A DNA stretch of 45,532 nucleotides. Origin: Candidatus Omnitrophota bacterium. Lineage in GTDB: Bacteria; Omnitrophota; Gorgyraeia; 1-14-0-20-64-10; JACQQZ01. The stretch is taken from the NCBI GenBank assembly GCA_016206635.1, contig JACQRF010000059.1:1-45532 (forward strand), written 5' to 3'. The notes under the pieces are model-generated. The model had not been told where the DNA came from. It saw only the letters and a list, made by a program, of their open reading frames with translations, and did no database searches. Every line of letters starts with the position of its first letter. Within the stretch, counting starts at the first letter, position 1. Below are positions 43,780-45,532 of the stretch, in pieces. Both the position numbers and the translations under genes were made by a program.

Positions 43780-45137
43780 CGGGTGTTCGGCGCCTCCTGC
43801 GCGCGGGTCGCCGTCAGCCAGCGGTGAGGACCCCAGCACAATGCCAGGCCATAGGTGGCGATCACGCCTGCGATGGCCACCTCCACGAGCGCGATCTGCC
43901 ACGGGGAGGCGTGCCACGCGCGAAGGCTGGCAATGTGGAGGCCGGCGCAGGCTAAAAACACGGCCACATGCCGGAGGGCGCCGGCCGCCAGCACATACGT
44001 GAGGATGATGTTGGTGATCGCCAACCCTACCATGGCCGCGGCCAGCCACGGGACCAATTGGGCCGAGAGGATATGCGGGGCCCCAGTGATCAGCCGCGTA
44101 ACGAGCGCCGGCCACCCGATGCACACGACCGCCGCCGCCCCGCTCAACATCGCCGTGACGCCCACCATCTGCCGCAAGAGTGGGCGCGTATCGTCCCCCT
44201 TGGCCGTCGCGTGGGCGACTTTCGGAAAGAGCACGATCGCCACGGCCGACGGCAGGAACAGGATAATCCGGGAAATCATGGCCGCCACGGCATAGTCCCC
44301 CGCATCGGCGGGCGTGAGGTAATGCTTGGCCAACGCGACGTCGCTATTGGTGAGCGAGGTGTAGGCCGTCACCGCCACGGCAATCGTCGCGGTCGTCCAC
44401 GATAACCGCCATGGCGGGCGGATGGCCACCACGAGATCGCTGAACCATTCTTCCAGCGCCGCCTGAAATTCAATCGGTTCCCGACCTTCCTCGGTGGCGG
44501 CCGAGACGGCCGGATGCCGGCGGCGCTGGACCATCCGTAACTGAAGCGCGGCCAGCCCGGATGTCACGGCCGCGGACACCGCCAGCCCCAGGACAGCGCC
44601 GCCCACCCCCCACCCCAGCCAGACCAAGCCGATCCCGACGACCAGCCGCGACACCCCGCCGGTCATGAGATTCGCGCCCAACTGCGCGAACTCCTGCAAC
44701 CCTTGGAGGCCGCCGACCAGCGCCGGCGTGACCAGCAGCAACGCGACGACCAGGCCCCACCACAGGATCATAACCGAGTCAGGGATTTGAAGGAACGCCG
44801 CGATAGCCCGATGGCTCGCCGCCACGACCCCAAAGAACGCCACGCCCAACACGCCGACTTTCGCGATGGTGCCTTGCAGCGCCGGCCAGATCTTCGGCGT
44901 GGCATCGTGGGCGTGGGCCTGCGCCACATGGCGGGAGATTGAGGCTTGAATAGTCATGGCCGGCACCGACACGATCATTGATAATGCCAGCAAGGCGTTC
45001 AAGATCGCGTAATCTTCCGGGCGCAAAATCCGCACCATCACCAAATGATAGGCGAAATTGCAGACGTTCACGATGCCTGAGGCGAAAAACACAAACGCGC
45101 TCGAGCGGAGCCAGGGGGCCACTGCGGCGGTGGGCAT
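43776..45137 (-). CDS. MOP-superfamily polysaccharide biosynthesis protein (Wzx-like lipid-linked oligosaccharide flippase)
   Basis: About 12-14 hydrophobic segments. N-terminus SSAFVFFASGIVNVCNFAYHLVMVRILRPEDYA, and a mid-protein YAVAAMISRIILFLPSAVAIVLFPK pattern typical of Polysacc_synt proteins. ATG 45137 lies 11 nt after the upstream stop. Confidence 0.75.
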   Translation of the reverse strand: MPTAAVAPWLRSSAFVFFASGIVNVCNFAYHLVMVRILRPEDYAILNALLALSMIVSVPAMTIQASISRHVAQAHAHDATPKIWPALQGTIAKVGVLGVAFFGVVAASHRAIAAFLQIPDSVMILWWGLVVALLLVTPALVGGLQGLQEFAQLGANLMTGGVSRLVVGIGLVWLGWGVGGAVLGLAVSAAVTSGLAALQLRMVQRRRHPAVSAATEEGREPIEFQAALEEWFSDLVVAIRPPWRLSWTTATIAVAVTAYTSLTNSDVALAKHYLTPADAGDYAVAAMISRIILFLPSAVAIVLFPKVAHATAKGDDTRPLLRQMVGVTAMLSGAAAVVCIGWPALVTRLITGAPHILSAQLVPWLAAAMVGLAITNIILTYVLAAGALRHVAVFLACAGLHIASLRAWHASPWQIALVEVAIAGVIATYGLALCWGPHRWLTATRAQEAPNTR

Positions 45138-45148
45138 TGCCGATCGCC

Positions 45149-45532
45149 TCAGGACGACATGGCGCCGCGGAACCACGCGATCGTCCGGCGCAACCCTTCG
45201 TCTAAACCCACCGTCGGGGCCCACCCCAGCAGCGTCCGCGCCTTCTGGATGTCGGGCCGTCGGGTTTTGGGGTCGTCCTGCGGCAACGGCTTAAAAACCA
45301 GCCGGCTCTTCGAGCCGGTCGCCCGAATGATCTGCTGGGCCATCTCGAGAATCGTGTGCTCGTCCGGATTGCCGATGTTGACCGGCTCCGCCACGTCGGA
45401 GCGCATCAACCGTTCCAACCCATCCAGGAGATCGTCCACGTAGCAGAAGCTCCGCGTTTGTGACCCGTCCCCGTACACCGTCAGGTCTTCCCCTCGCAAG
45501 GCCTGGCCGATGAACGTCGGAATGGCCCGCCC
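45149..45532 (-). CDS. UDP-glucuronate decarboxylase (UDP-xylose synthase, UXS-like SDR), 3' part; the gene starts beyond the right edge
   Basis: In-frame to the window edge: [39 protein letters not shown]...[15 protein letters not shown]...[29 protein letters not shown]. These are hallmark UXS C-terminal blocks. Confidence 0.8.
   Translation of the reverse strand, partial: GRAIPTFIGQALRGEDLTVYGDGSQTRSFCYVDDLLDGLERLMRSDVAEPVNIGNPDEHTILEMAQQIIRATGSKSRLVFKPLPQDDPKTRRPDIQKARTLLGWAPTVGLDEGLRRTIAWFRGAMSS

Noticed and set aside
1-45532. CRISPR arrays, tandem or inverted repeats, IS/transposase genes, integrases, tRNA/rRNA genes and rho-independent terminators.
   Set aside because: I scanned for periodic repeats, transposase- or integrase-like translations, and GC-hairpin plus T-tract terminators, and found nothing convincing. 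The paralog similarity is at protein level, not as near-identical DNA repeats.

Overview
This 45.5 kb window is very GC-rich, roughly two-thirds G+C by eye. Every credible gene lies on the minus strand. I call 33 tightly packed CDSs, two of them cut by the window edges, and find no RNA genes, mobile elements, CRISPR arrays or obvious terminators. Seventeen gene junctions are 4-nt ATGA/GTGA start-stop overlaps, and only one non-coding gap exceeds about 12 nt (17011-17069). The window therefore reads as one giant, translationally coupled operon. Its content is a cell-envelope glycan assembly line. (i) Nucleotide-sugar tailoring enzymes: a UXS-like and an ArnA-like UDP-GlcA decarboxylase, a GalE-like SDR, a Gfo/Idh/MocA oxidoreductase, a DegT aminotransferase, an LbH acetyltransferase, a minimal formyltransferase, a carbamoyltransferase, two SAM methyltransferases and two AsnB-type amidotransferases. 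(ii) Cytoplasmic GT2 and GT4 glycosyltransferases, including three polyprenyl-phosphate sugar synthase-like GT2s (DPM1/GtrB/ArnC type). (iii) A Wzx-like flippase. (iv) At least seven large polytopic GT-C-like membrane proteins, which is unusual. These are three giant AftD/DUF3367-like paralogs, two YfhO-like paralogs (one fused, one split into two coupled genes) and two more. There is also an uncharacterised membrane module that occurs once alone and once fused to a GT2. All domain calls rest on motif recognition in the translations, because no searches could be run. The many long plus-strand ORFs are antisense shadows typical of high-GC DNA.
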